A stretch of 64,000 nucleotides of DNA from Octopus vulgaris (lineage: Eukaryota), in the NCBI GenBank assembly GCA_951406725.2, contig OX597839.1, forward strand, positions 14,818,001 to 14,882,000, read 5' to 3'. Shown here piece by piece: positions 49,808-64,000 of this stretch (the first letter of the stretch is position 1; every line of letters begins with the position of its first letter). The notes under the pieces were generated by a model that was not told the DNA's origin, made no database searches, and saw nothing but the letters and a program-made list of their open reading frames with translations. The position numbers were made by a program, and so were the translations under genes.

Positions 49808-52800
49808 GTGTGTGTGTGTAAGTACACAAAGTAGCAAAGATTAAAATAAACATGTGTCATTATTTTGATATTTGCTACTACATGTGCTTACACTAAAGTA
49901 ATTCCAGTTTGGCAAACCTCAGCATGCACACATGCACACACACACACTCACACACACACACCAAATGATTTGTTTGTTGTTTCCTATATAGGAACAGAAG
50001 TTCCTGTCTAGCCCCATCATCATTGAGGAAGTGCAATCACACTGAAACACATAACCGATAGTCTGGTGATATCACTTGGAACTCTACAGTGAGAAATTTG
50101 TTGTCTGAGATAAAATTATGCAGTGATTGCCATTCATGTTCTAGTGTGTAGGAATCTGCTAAAAATAAATGACATGATGCTTTGTGTGCTTAAACTGAAT
50201 ATACATACATGCACACACATTTATATTAGCTGAATTAGTTGAAAAATTGATAACTTACGTATCAAAAGTTCTCTTATACTGGTCTTATTGATTACAACAT
50301 TGTCCTGAGTAAGGATACAAGTAAATGTTCTTTTACATATACATTATCATCAGCATAATTTTTATGTCTGCTTTGTTCATTCTGGCATGGATTGGACAAG
50401 AATTCTTGAAGCATTATTCTATGGTTGGGTGCCCTTCTTGACACCAACACTTGTTATTAATTTAGGTACTTTATTCCACTGATATTTGTATGTTGAAATA
50501 GCTAATTTGCAAAATATATTATGCCAGACAAACAACTCTTACCCCTGTAAAAATGATTACGAAGACTTTCAAAAACACATATACATGCATATATATTGTG
50601 GGCTTCAGTACAGTTTTCATCACCTAGATCTTTCTCACAAGACATTGACCAACTGTAGATTATAGCAGGTGAAAAATGCCAAAGGGAAACTTCTCAACAA
50701 CACAGTCATGCTCTTACAAACAGTCAGGTTTCTACACATATAGATGCAATTATATAAGAATAAGAAAATGATGGTACTAGATAAAACAATATTTCATGGA
50801 ATTTAATATCTGTTACTATAAATGAGACTGGCTAGTTTAAATGAAGTGCTAGTTTTATGGTCACTAGATTTGGTAGACTTAAATGATGAAGTATTATAGT
50901 TTCAATACAATATTTTTAAATGTGTCCTAGATTTTTTAATGCCTAAAAACTTCAGTATTGGTGTTTATCAAAGTAAATCTGTTGCTCTAAATCGTATAAT
51001 TTATATTTACCTTGGAAATTAAAATTAACAAAACTCATTCAGCATACAATTATAGTAAATTCTATAATAGAGGACAAATCTGACATTTTAGAGACAAGTC
51101 TAAGTTTGTAAAAGTTGGAAACTAGACCAATTAAGTGTTTTATTGTTTAATCATCCATGTAGGATAGAAGGCAAGTTTGATTCCAGCTTTCTAATGGTCC
51201 CAAAAGGAAAGACAGTTTTTGTTGATACTTAAATTGCTTTTAATGAATTTTATTACAATTCAAGTAAGTGTACAAATCCAAAGACATAAGGCGGCATAGC
51301 TATGGATTCAATACAACATATTGTAAACCCTTCAGGTATTAGTCCAACAGATGCCTTGAGTCAACAAGGGAGTCTTTATGTGGTTGCTTAACCTGCTACA
51401 AATTACAATAAAATTTCCCTTAAATCACATCTTAAACAAAAATGATGCATTAGGTAATGTAATCCTGGATACATTGTATCTGAACAAAATGAAATTGTCA
51501 TGGTTGGAATAACTTTTGATCATGGGTCTGCTTGAGCAGCACTGACCTAAGACAACTTAGATATATATAAATTAATACTTGATCCAAGAAAGAAGTATTA
51601 TAATTTGAGCCAAGATTGCTTCATTTATAAACCAAAAAGTAATGTTAATGCTATACATTCATAAATTACTTTTAAATGTCATAACATTTCCAATTGATGT
51701 AAATGTTTGTTTTTTATTTTAATTCTTTCCTCTCATCTAGACAAACTGGGTGGCAACTAGTCATGATATTAAATTTCCTAACAGAATTATTTATTTACTT
51801 AAGTGTTAGTCAGAAGAGGAAGGGCTGGGGCTCAGTGGCTGGTGACAAGAAGAGAGGAAGCAATATTCAGACCAGAAACCTTGTCTGAATGCTTACAATG
51901 GAATGAACTTTACAACAAGCACCCAAGATCCAAGTGGTGGTAAACTGGAAGACAGATTAAGTCCTCAGATACCCTTCTTGACCAAAGTGTTGACACACAG
52001 TAGAGTCAAAACTGTAAAGACACATTGCTGTGAAATGAACTTATTAGGTGGCAAATGAGCAATCATTAAGGTATTGGATAGAGTGTTTTGTGGTATTTAT
52101 GTCGTGCTCTGCATTCAAATCCCACTGAGATCAACTCTACCTTTCATGTTTTTGGAGTAGATAAAAATGTATCAATTCAAGACGGTAGATTAGAAGAACT
52201 AAAAGAATATTGGACTGGATATAGTATCTGCTCCAGCTCTTTGTGTTTCAAGTTCAAATACCACCATCCTTTTTGGGAGGTAAACACAAAAATCCATAGT
52301 TAAACACTACCACCAGACACCTTCAGTGCCTTTAGTGGAGCCCACTGTGTTACAAGCATTCAAGCCACATCTTTTTAAGAATACTGTCCTTCCATTCTAT
52401 CAGTCTTGAAAATCCTATGGAGGATTATGTGCATTGCCTTCTCTGATGACTGAAAGATAAAAAGAAACAGATCATCATTCACCATTATTCCCAGGTCTTC
52501 TTCAGTTTTCTTTTTCTACAAATTTCTTTCATTTTGAACTTTTGGCTCTTCTTTACTCAACCATGACCTATCACACAGCTTAATAAGAGAACAGGCAATG
52601 TATGTGACGCCATTTTTGGAGCCTCCAAGATTAGTGGGAAGAAAGCATTGAGCTGCAATAAACTGAATTCCACAAGGGTCAGGTAGGAGATATCCATTAC
52701 TACTGATATATTAGTTGTCTTATTAATATCAGCTCCTTAGCTGTAATACCTCAATTTTCAATGTGTTTCCTCTCAACAGGGAGCTTCTACATGGTTGCTT

Positions 52801-53870
52801 CACTAGCCAAAATTAACGGTCAAATTTCCTTTAAATAATAACCTAACTTTAAAATGATATCTAAGATTACATCAGCATAGCATTTGGTACATGGTAACTG
52901 AAAAGATGGAATGGCCAATGACTGGAAGGAATACATTTGACCATAGGCCTTCTCAATCAAGGTTGACTTGAGGTTGAGGAACAACAGCAGTAATAAGGCT
53001 CAGTAAAGCGACAGTATACAAATGAAGAATTCATTTGGCCATTATACTGAGAATTTGTTACTTTCGAGATGAAAATGAAACACTTTTGCAGTTCTGAATA
53101 CTCTTCTATATTTTATTTCATCTTTTCCATTGTATCAACCTAAACTATATTCTTGAAACTTTCATTTACAAACCCCCTTTCATACACTCTCATTAGCCTC
53201 TCCTATATTTTGCCAGTCAATATTATTTGATGCACATGAGATAGTCAGTTACTTGAATTTGCTAATCAGAAAGCTTTATTGACTTGATGTCTCTCTAAGC
53301 CCTACTTGTGGTGTGATTTGGACTTGGAACCACAGGTCAGTGAAACCTATGTGAATTATACATTGGTCTTGTTTCTTACAATTATGAACTGTACTTGCCT
53401 TTGGGACCTATACACAGCAAGATAAATTGGATGACTGAAAGTCAAGTACCATGTTATGCATATCAGAAATGTATGGCTGTCATAATTTTACATTAGGGAT
53501 TTTTTTCTCTTTTTTATGCTGGCATGGATTGGATGGATCTCACAGCTGCTAATCTTTTGTCGTTTGGCACACACAATGACAAAGAAAAACTGGCCAACTT
53601 TGTTGTTGTGAATGTCATAATTTTGACATGGTTTTCATGGTTGAATGCTCCCTCCCACCATCAAGCACTTTACAGCATGAAGTGAGGATATTTTAATTAT
53701 GCTACTTTCATTGGAGAGGTTGTCTTGAACAAAGCTTAAGAGTAGCCTCTATTTTATGCTGGTTCCATTTTTTTCTTAACTTTCTGGAATGGTCTTTTGT
53801 AGTTGGATGTACTTCCTAACAAAATGTGCTTTATAATGCCACTTGGACACACACACATATGTGTATATAT

Positions 53871-53920
<50 letters not shown>

Positions 53921-56262
53921 CATTACTTTTTTTCACTCACATTACTTCTCCCACACTCCTCCAATTACATCATTGTAATCAGAAAATATATAAGCATTAT
54001 GAATTAAATTAGTTGTCAATGACTAAAAGCAGTTGAATCTGAAATAAGGAGCTGGACCTTCTTTCCTAACTGAAAAATTATTAATGGTTCCACAGAGCTT
54101 TCTAGATAATATTAATAATAATAAAAGCCATGATGATGCTGATATTGATTACCTTTTTTTACATACTATTGAGTCAATTATAGTTTTGTTTCTATTTCTA
54201 GTCATAGCAAACATTCTTTCACAAAAAGCCTTGTATATACATCATATTATGAAACTACTCCTGAAATTGATTTGCATTTTTTAAACCATGAATTTAGACT
54301 TGTTGTTATTACAATATTGTGTTTGTGTATATAGGAGGGGAAAACATTTAAAACATTTTATGAGGAAAAATCAACCAACGTATATTTCCAGAACAAATGA
54401 CATAAAAGTTTGTTCAAATTCTGCTATGCAGTTTATATTTCATTTCACATGCATGTCATATTCTGTATTTAATATGTTTTATTTATATTAGATTATCATA
54501 AATTTCTCTGTGGTATATGAACACTCCAACAGCAGAAAACCACCACCATTTCTCATTGGTAGGACTACATTGTCCAGACCATCTGTTCCTTTTTTTAAGA
54601 TGATCAGGAGTTGAGTTTAAAGATTTGGTTACTATTTTTAGAAAGTAATGCATTCAGATAGAGCCTCTATGTAAATTCTAATACTTTGTACAGAGAGAGA
54701 GAGAGAGAGGGAAGACAGAAACAATTCATTTTTTGATGCCAGGAACAATAACACTTCCAAATACTTTTACTAACCCTTTCATATTTACCATAAACGCTAG
54801 AGTATGACTAATTTCACCATATCACAAACTCCATTAATAATAATTAGGTCACAGAGGTGACAACTTATCTGCCATCTGATATTGAGGAGTTCAGGGCTTT
54901 TCATTTTTGACTTCTAACTATTGGTTTGCACCAGTTTATTTGTGACACATTTTAAAGTAATTAAATATAATAGCATTGAACAGAGTGGGTAACATTAAGT
55001 ATAAAAGTTAAACAAAAACTCGAGTGGGCTAGTAAGATGAAGACTTTTTAAAATTCAGTGGCTATGACCAGCTTAAAGCAGTTAAAGATCATGTAACTAT
55101 TCCTTGTAGTTTGATTATTGGTAATTTGGTCTAGTTAGCATAATTTATTTTGTTGAGTATGCTGCAGTTGATACTAAATGACCAAATGACTATATGACAT
55201 GAATTTAGTCTTTTCCATTTTTAACTCTCTTTTATTAAACATTTGCTCTACATGACATTCTTTTATTAGATTCAACCATTGGACTGCAGCGATGCCATGG
55301 CACCATCTTCAAGGGTTTTTGTTGATTGACCACAGTGCTTTGGTATTTACTTCATTTCTTCTTATAATGTGAAATGGACATTGATGTGAAGAAAGATAAT
55401 TCAGTGTGTTTCTGTTTGAATATAGCAATTCTCAGAGTGCTTCATAGCAAATTAAAACACCAGACTCTGCTATAAATGGCAGATAGTTTCATTATATAGT
55501 CACAAACAATAGATGTATCAGGCAGATTTCACTTGTCACAGAAATTAAAACTAACAATACAATAAAATCCAAAAATAGAGGATAAAATAAGAAAAGAAAA
55601 TAAGCATATCATAAAGATTTGCTTTCTGAAGATTTGGCTGACCATCCTGTAACAGCTAGATGAATAAATCCCAACCTGACCACTGAAGCCTTAAAAGTGA
55701 TTTTGTGGTTGCCAATTGAAGGACCTGACATATATATAATGTGTGTGAGTGACTTTATATTTCCTTCCTCTCATCTTCATGTGTGCTTGCTGATTATAAA
55801 CAATGGCCTTGCTGATGACATCATTTGCTTGCAGTTCATGCCAAAAGTATGTCCAAGTTGTTCAAAAGACTGGGGTATTTATTACCTTACTTGGAAGGAA
55901 ACAAGTGAGAGTTGGTATCTGGCTGTAGAAAACTATGCCCCGACACATTCTTATAGGATCCATGTGAGCATAGGAAACTAGACATTGAAATAAAGATAGA
56001 TATAAACACACACACACATGCATGCACACGCATATATGAACAGAGATCTATAAATATATATGCTCATATACATAAATTTACATTTATATATATATGTGCA
56101 TTCATATATTTAAAATGGTTCTTCTGAAGTATTCTTGATACAGTCACAATATTTGAAGAAAGATTTTCTTCTAATATAAATTAATTGTACAAAAAATTTT
56201 TAACAGAATGCGTTTTAGAATTAAGTTTTTGTATGGTAAGTTCTTTCAGTATTGCTTTGCAA

Positions 56263-56349
56263 GCACACATGTGCGCGTGCACACACACGTGCGCGTGCAC
56301 ACACACGTGCGCGTGCACACACACGTGCGCGTGCACACACACACACACA
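56263..56349. repeat. 18-bp minisatellite x4 within a (CA)n tract
   Basis: (ACACACGTGCGCGTGCAC)x4, uninterrupted purine-pyrimidine alternation. Confidence 0.95.
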
Positions 56350-56605
56350 GCAGTTTAACTCAGCACCACATTAAAGTTTCATGGACATGTCCAACAAGCA
56401 CATAGAATTTCAAGTAATGCAGTGTTGAGTGCTTTCTATCACTTGTTCATTCATTCGACAGGTGTCTATACAGTTTCTATCTTCTATATTAGAATATTAC
56501 TGGTCAAGCAAGTTAATGATATAAACTTCCCCAAAGTGTGAGCTCAAATTCAGAACCATGTAGTTGACATGCAAACTTTTTAAGTTCACTGCTTTATAAC
56601 ACACA

Positions 56606-57841
56606 CAGGGTGTTCCAGAAAGATTTACTCATGTTTAAAACTATTCCTACAGAATATTGGTTCTGGTAATATTATCTACATTTTACATAAAGATTTGTAT
56701 ATGTCTTTTGTTCATGTGTCTACTGTTTCATTTGTCTATAACAGGTTTGTAAACAAACATGGCATCAAAAGCAAAATGTGACCAGATTGTCACTTTATAA
56801 ACAACTGGAGTGAGCAACAAGGACATAACAAAACAGTTGAATGTGTACCATAAAACAGTATTCAATACCTGGAAATAATACATGGAGTCTGCTACTACTT
56901 CTAGTTAGCCAATTCCTGGTAGGAAATGATCAATTCATACCAAACAAACTTAAGTTGGGAAGCGAATGAACTGAAGTGCAAGAGAAACTGCAAATTCTTT
57001 TGTTATTTCGAAATTGACAATGCATAGGATTTTTAAAGAGGATTTAAAGCTAACTGCATACAAGAAATAATCCCAGTAGTTAATTTCAGCAGCTTCCAAG
57101 AAGAAACAGCTCAACAGATAAAACCATGTTAACAGAGAAGATTGTGCCACTAATGAAGTGTTGATCTGAACCAACAAGATCTTCACTGTGGCGGCAGTTA
57201 TCAACAGTATGAGTGATAGGCTTTATTCATGTAATGCAGGAGACTTTCCCAAAGGTAGCAGGAGTCGTTTATGCCATCAGAAACCAGCTTCACCCATTGT
57301 ATGGGCTACAGTTGCATTTGATGAGTCCAAGTCACCCTTGATCTTCATCGATACTGGACCAAAGTCACCAGTAAAGTTTATGTGGAAATATTGAATGAGG
57401 AAGTGTTACCTTGGATCACAGAAACCTTTGGTGACCACTACATCTTCATTCAAGACGGCACCAGCCCACACATCCAATTTGAAACAGAGGTGGTGCAAAG
57501 AGCATTTCAGCAGTTTTGGAAACAAGATGATATGACCTCCCTCAAGTCTAGATATCAATCCCACGGACTTTGCTCTCTGGTCCATCTTAGAGAGTAATGT
57601 TTCTGCTTGGTCCTATTCAAAATGTGTCAGATCTGAATATATAAATGAGGCGCTCATGCAACTCAGTGACCACTTGTTTGCAGGCTATAATCAAGGTAAA
57701 AAGTGGTCATTTTGAAATGTAATTACTGCAATGGATTGAAAATTTACATTAGAAACTGTGTGCCTAATTTTGTTATCCTACCTTAAGTTTATTTTGAATA
57801 ATTAGGAAATATCAATGGGTAAATATTTCTGGGATACCCTG
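56606..57841 (+). mobile_element. Decayed maT/DD37D-like Tc1/mariner transposon, ~1.24 kb
   Basis: TIRs CAGGGTGTTCCAGAAAGATTTACTCAT and ATGGGTAAATATTTCTGGGATACCCTG-TA. Translation gives KIFTVAAVINSMSDR, IVWATVAFDESKSPLIFI, VLPWITETFGDHYIFIQDG and PPSSLDINPTDFALWSILE. Confidence 0.9.
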
Positions 57842-58385
57842 TATAATATATATATACTATTTATTTTAATGAATAAAAACAAGAAGAATAATATGATTGG
57901 AAGGTAAAGGTTATTCTCAGAACAGAGAACTAGCCCAAATAACTGTAACGGTGGACTCTTCTAATGGAACCTAAGGTTTAATTGCATACATAAATCATAA
58001 GTAATACGTTTTTAATAACAGATGAGAATGAAGATATGTTCCCTAAATTTTGATGTATGTGGTCTATTACACACACTTCTATAGGTTGTTTGTAGTTTAC
58101 TCATAAAATTTTAGTAGAGTCAAGTCATCCCACTATTCATAAACTGTTATACTATTCTTTTATTCCTTCACTTGTTTGTCATTGGACAGTGGCCATGTTG
58201 GATCAGTGCTTTAAAGGGTTTAGTTGAACAAATTGAACTCAGTTCTTACTTTGTATGTTATATGAACAAAGAAACCAACAATAGTTGTGAAACACTGGAG
58301 GACGAACACAAGGACATGCATACCCTTCAATACATGTCTATATGATGAACAACTCTTTTATCGAGATATATATGATATACATGAC

Positions 58386-58780
58386 ACAGGTGTGCCTGTG
58401 TAGTTGATAAATTTTCTTCCCAACCACATGGTTTGGGGCTCAGTCCTGCTGCTTGGTAGCCTGGGCAAGTGTCTACTACTATAGCCCTGGGATGGCCAAA
58501 GTCTTGTGAGTGGATTTGGTAGACAGAAACTGAGAGAAGCCCATCATATGTATGTGTGTGCTTTTGTCTTTTATCTTACATTGCATGGTTGTTGTAAATG
58601 AATGTCATTTATTTCCAATATTCTATGATAATATGTCTGGCCATAGGGTAATATTATCTTGCTTGGAAACAGGCAAGAATTGGCAAGAGGAAGGGCATCT
58701 GGCTATAGAAAATCTGTCTCAATAAACTCTGAACATGCAAGCATGGAAAAGTGGATGTTGAAATGATGATGATGATGATG
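58386..58780 (+). mobile_element. Full-length SINE family A with RTE-derived 3' tail
   Basis: tRNA-like head, GGGCAAGTGTCTACTACTATAGCC..CTTGTGAGTGGATTTGGTAGAC, and tail CATGCAAGCATGGAAAAGTGGATGTTGAAATGATGATGATG. Confidence 0.85.
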
Positions 58781-58945
58781 ACAGGCTTCTACACAATTTT
58801 TGTCACCCAAATTCACTCACAAGGTACTGCTTTGTCTCAAGCTTTTGTAAAAGACATTTGTCCAGTGTGTCATGCAGTAGAACTGAACCCTAAACCATGT
58901 GGTTGCAAAGCAAGCTTCTCAATCACGCATCTATGACTGCACCTT
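58781..58945 (-). mobile_element. SINE family A head, tail-to-tail with the previous copy
   Basis: ACAGGCTTCTACACA..CAAATTCACTCACAAGG..GAACCCTAAACCATGTGGTTGCAAAGCAAGCTTC. Confidence 0.75.
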
Positions 58946-61900
58946 TATATCATGTGTATTTGTGTTCTTTTTACAAACTGTTGTATGCAGTATGGGTTGA
59001 TGTCAACCAACATTGTGTACATTATTTTCTTTCATTCTCCATATCCTTTGTAAGGGATTTTGTAGGTATTATTGGTATACAAAGGAATTATTGTAGATGA
59101 TATTGACATTGTATGGACTTATTTAAGTTTGGAAATTAATTTACCATCTTTTATCAAATGATTATGGTACACTTTGATGAAGAAAAACAACTCTCTGATT
59201 ATACTGTCAGACAAATACAAACACATATACACACTCTCTGATACACATTCATGTGTGTATCTAACATTACCCTGATATTTTGCTCATAACTTACAAATGC
59301 AAATTTAATGCATAATTTGTAATTTATTTAATGAGTATAAGTGGAAACAGCTGTAGGAAGAAATGATTATCAATTTATCAATAATTATAAATCACTAACT
59401 CTCCATTTTCTTCTCTTAATTTAATATGGATCACACATACACTCACATGTAGGCAGTTACAAAGTTAAATTTCTGCAGAGTCTGTCTCTTAAAATCTATT
59501 CACAAGGCATCAGTCAGCTTGAGGTTACAGAGGAGGACACTTGCCCAGTGTGTTGTACAGTGTGATTGAAACTAGAAAATCAAACTTCTAGAGTGAGTTT
59601 ACCAAATCTAACTAACTGTACATTAACATACCTAATTAGTGGTCTAATAAATCTGAAATCTTTTAGTTGTCAGTATATCACCAAGATCAAATTCACTCCC
59701 CAGAGCATAACCTACATTCTGTTCTAATTTAAATTTAGAGATTGTCTCCATTACCTTTCTTCATCAGAACTGGTTTATTAAGCTTGTGATTCCAATTGCA
59801 GGTGTAAGTTTAATTAGTTAAAATTTCTTAGCTTACATCCATTGTTAGCATTATAGTCCTTCTTACACTTTGATAATGTTTCATTTAGTTCATTAAAGCA
59901 TAAAACTGAATCAGTATATAATTATTACATAATTTTCTGGCTTGTTTTTAGGATACTAAATATTTATAGATTAAGCAACACAACCATTATATATTAATAC
60001 TGAATGCCAATACCCACATACATCTTTATTTTTACTATTGTTCTTTCTTACTAACAAATTATTTTTTTCCTCTCTTTTTGTTTCTCATTTCACTTTCTCA
60101 TTATTTCCAACTTACTCTCTTTTCTTCTGTCACAATACAGCAAATATTTTTAACATAATCTCTCCTACCCAGTTAGAAGATAACACCCAATTAGTTTTTT
60201 TCTTTTTGTAACCGAGAACTGTTAACTATTAGTAATGTCCTTCCTAGAAAAGACTAGTGAAAACTGTCAGTGAAATGGCATTAGAAACATTTAGGGTAGA
60301 TGAAGTTTGATACATTTTCGTGATGGTGGTGCAATGTGAACTGGTTACCCTTTAGAAGCAGCTTTCTTGTGAAACCTTATTTACGTAGAATTAATTTGAC
60401 GTATAATGCTCTTTGTGTTCAGATAAACAAGTTATTTTATTTCAATGCAAAATGACTTGTGTTGGAAAACACCACATGGAACATGAGAGAATTACATTTT
60501 GGAAATATAAGTTGAAAACTTGCTGTGAAGTTTTAATTTCTTTGGTTGCCACTTTATTTTAGATTTTTTAAATTTCTTCCTCTTACATATGAAGGAAGAA
60601 TAAACCTCATTAGCAAATAAAAATAATCTGATCAATTTATAAACAATGTTCACAGACATTTGTATATGTACACACACACACACACACACACACACAATAT
60701 AAAAATTATGCCATTTATCAAATGCCAGAAAATGTTTATATAAAAAGTACATTGGAAGCAGATTATCATCAGCAAAGTTATATAAAGATCAGTGTTGGAT
60801 ATCTTCAGCTGTTACATCATGCTGAACAGGATGCTGATAGATCAGAAGATTCTAATAAAAAGCAAAAGTCAAGGAACAGTATGTTATAGTGTGCTTAGTG
60901 AGAAGACATTAAACAAATCAGACAAACCCTGTATCTGAAATAAATAGCCTAGCATAGTAACTACAACTTTTGGCTTTTGTCGGTATTGACTCTTTCCACC
61001 ATAGAGACTTGTTAATCATAAAGATTATTCTCTGATTATATCAAAGTATTCTAATGGCTTGCATACAATAATTTTTGTGTTTATTCTTTATTGCATAGGA
61101 AGTAATACTAACTTAATGAATATTGACTTATGGCAGGAACACGCTGCAGTTTCATCTCCTATAAGTTCATGTTCTTCTATGATTGTTTAGTTTAGCTCCT
61201 GGTTAACTCTGTTTAGGCAGACCTATGATCAAAGGCATTCTATGACTTCTCCATCTTTTTGGTGGATATAGAGGATTATATGATCAAATGTGTCATTTTG
61301 TTTTTCAAGACAATGAAGTGTGAGTTAAAGGAGATTTGGCGCTAATGCCTTCCAGGTCATTTGACAATGTAGAGGCTCCCTGTTGAAGTGGTGATGGTTG
61401 TTTAGCCTAAAATCACTCTTAATGCAGTAGGTCTATAATCAAAGGCATTCCAAACATGACTCCTCTTTTTACAGCTAGTATATCAAGAACTACATTGTCC
61501 AATGTCCATTTTTTCTAATGTGTAATGAAGGTTATTTCTAACAAATCAAGTTATCAAAGATTTTCCAGTAATAAAATAAATAAACCAATCATATATTAGC
61601 AATCAAATCACTTCAATTATAAATTTATTACTTTGTCAAAGTAAGAAACTATCATGAATATTAATTGGTTGACATGGACAGTGATTTGGCAGAATTGTTA
61701 TTGTTGGAAAAGAGCCTTGCAGTATTTGTTTCAGCTCTTCATGTTCTGGGTTCAAATCTTGTTGGAGTCAGCTTTGCATTTCATTCTTTCAAGGTCAATA
61801 AAATTAAGTTCTAGTTTGGTGCTGGGAGTAATGTTATTAAGTAGTCCCATCTTCAAAATTGCCAGCCTTGCATCCAGATTACAGACAGTTATTGGCTGGT

Positions 61901-62199
61901 GACATAGAGACATATTCTGAGTCTGCGGCATTTGCATAGATTCTCAGAAGGTGAGCAGTTATGGTAGCTTTTTGTTGGACACATTTTTTCTCACAGATTG
62001 TCTCTTTCATAGAGCTGCAGTCCTAAGTAAAGCAAAGGCCAAGGCTAGCTGCCTAACACTAGGAATTTTTGTAAAGTGCTTACACCTTACCAATGATTGC
62101 TGTGGTAGGCAGATATTACCTGTTAGCTTTCTAAAGAAGACTAGTGGTGGAGAAGAGGAATGACATTCTTTAGGAGACTTGGGAGCATCAAGTGGAATC

Positions 62200-62460
62200 A
62201 ATTGGTTGATCTGCTCTAGTGGATTTTCATCCCAGGGATCAAGGTTAACTACTTCAAGGTAAACTCTATTGGTATGGAAATTCTGTCAGTCAGGCCTGTC
62301 TGAAATGCATACAGTGACACAGTTACTCAATATTTCGCATTATTAACTACAGAATTTTGTCAAACAGCTGTTATGATTGAAATGGATCTAGGTATTAGGC
62401 AAGTCCATCATGAAGTCATCTCATTGTTAGTTCCTACAAAGATCACTTTAATAGGAACTC
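62200..62460 (-). mobile_element. Possible highly decayed non-LTR RT fragment
   Basis: Broken-frame RSISIIT..YAFQTG..LEVVNLD loosely resembles RPIS..QxGF..lD (RT subdomains 1-3). Confidence 0.3.
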
Positions 62461-63744
62461 ACAATCTTTTCAATCAAAGAAATTTAGATCACATTCCTAG
62501 AAGATGTAATAATGCTTATTTATTTGTTCATTTCATATGAAAGTTGGTGAGCAATAGCCTCATTGGTTACAAATTTTCCACTTGGGTAACCAATTCACTT
62601 CTGATGTTGTGAATGTTAAAGCAGTATCCAACTCTATGCAAAATAAATATTGCTACAGAACTGGCTTTCTCACCAATCCTTTGACACATATGCACATATA
62701 CTATCCACACTGACATAGTTTCCATCTACCAAGTTTCATTTAAAAAGTATCAGTTAATCTAAAACTGTGGACACTTGTTCAAAGTGCTGTGCAGTACAAT
62801 CAAACTCAGAACTCTGTGATTACAAAGCTATCTTTTTAACCATACAAGGTTCATAAAAATAATTTTCTTCAGTATAATGAAAGAAATGATATAGTCAACT
62901 GATACTGAAATGGAGGGTCAATACATAATTACCATAGTTACTGTGGTCATTAAGTGGTCATAGTTACTGTAGTCATTAAGCTCAGCCAAAACATAGCTCA
63001 AAACTTAGAGGAAACAAAATTAAATATGCATTTACTTCAACCACTTAACATCACTATTATCATACTGACTATATATTATGTAATTAATAACTTATGTCCC
63101 CTTATTTTCTGAGATCAAATTGCACCAATGTCAAATGAGTCTTTCATTATTCCTGGGTTGACAGATTACCAGACAAGGACAGGACTAAATTTGAATCAAC
63201 TGCCTATGCTTCCACAAGTCTCCAAGTACATTATCATAAGAGTTAAAGGTGGGGATGGGCAAAAAAAATGAATATTGAAAAGTCGCGCTCTCTCCAGCTT
63301 TCATTCTGTATGTCTCTCGTGCTCACACACACAAAATCTATAACAGACAGAAAAGTCATATACATATCAAGTGTGACATGTTTGGGCAGTGGCTACCAAT
63401 ATAAACTGACTTGGACTGTGCTGACCTATCCAGGTGTTACTCTCATCCATATGTACACACACACAGATCCCTACGTAGAGTATCTTCATCCAGTTTGCTT
63501 CCAGTACAACTTTTGTATTAGATGTTATCCAGTGCAGAGGTTTCAAAAAAGGGCAAATGTGAAACGTAATGTAGAGAGCAGTATATAAACTTACATTTAT
63601 CATTTTTCATTATCTATCTATCTATCTATCTATCTGTAAAACAAAAAAACTTACATGCCTTTGCATTAGGAACACTTCACCTGTTCTACCAAAGCTATAC
63701 TCTCTCTCTCTCTCACACACACACACTTTATTAAATGTAAAAGT

Positions 63745-64000
63745 ATATTCGGATATTTTCGGTTTGAACGGCAGTTTTTAAAAATAATTTCCACGTAACT
63801 AAACACTTTTAAACTTCGTATACAGGTAGAATGTGTTTATAAAACATCTTTTTCTCTTGGCTTTATTGAGAAAATTCTATAGTTTGTAAGATATTTGTTG
63901 TTGTTTTTTCTTCAATTTCAACCAATCAATGACGTCTATTGAGGTGAAAACATTCTGTGCCGTATGAATATCTCCCACGTTTAAGAAACAGATTAGGTTT
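63745..64000. repeat. Young CpG-retaining interspersed repeat, truncated by the window end
   Basis: Abrupt rise in CpG density (TTCGGATATTTTCGGTTTGAACGG.., CCACG, GACG, CCGT) against a depleted background. Confidence 0.55.

Noticed and set aside
52436-52470. CTGATGA-CT-GAAA hammerhead-like core
   Set aside because: No convincing stem I, II or III; it lies in a decayed repeat.

Overview
AT-rich, strongly CpG-depleted eukaryotic genomic DNA. It is most likely a coleoid cephalopod (Octopus-like), inferred from the SINE, RTE and MITE families recognised and the dense (TA)n/(CA)n/(ATC)n microsatellites. No intact host gene is recognisable, so the window is probably intronic or intergenic and is mostly transposon debris. 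That debris includes RTE LINEs, two tandem REL-endonuclease (R4/Dong-like) non-LTR fragments, CR1-like and Penelope-like fragments, three decayed Tc1/mariner elements, hAT- and piggyBac-type MITEs and many SINEs. The most notable structure is a young, CpG-intact composite at 2198-4778. It starts with a perfect 180-bp palindrome carrying a Penelope-type minimal hammerhead ribozyme motif (U3-A8 core variant) on each strand. About 650 bp of foreign sequence joins this to a 5'-truncated RTE whose RT contains a PHD finger and whose 3' UTR carries a six-unit A/B hairpin-pseudoknot array. Several other fold-back or inverted duplications are present (8365-8398, 15503-15992, 44015/46438). Boundaries of decayed elements are approximate, and all calls are from reading the sequence by eye.
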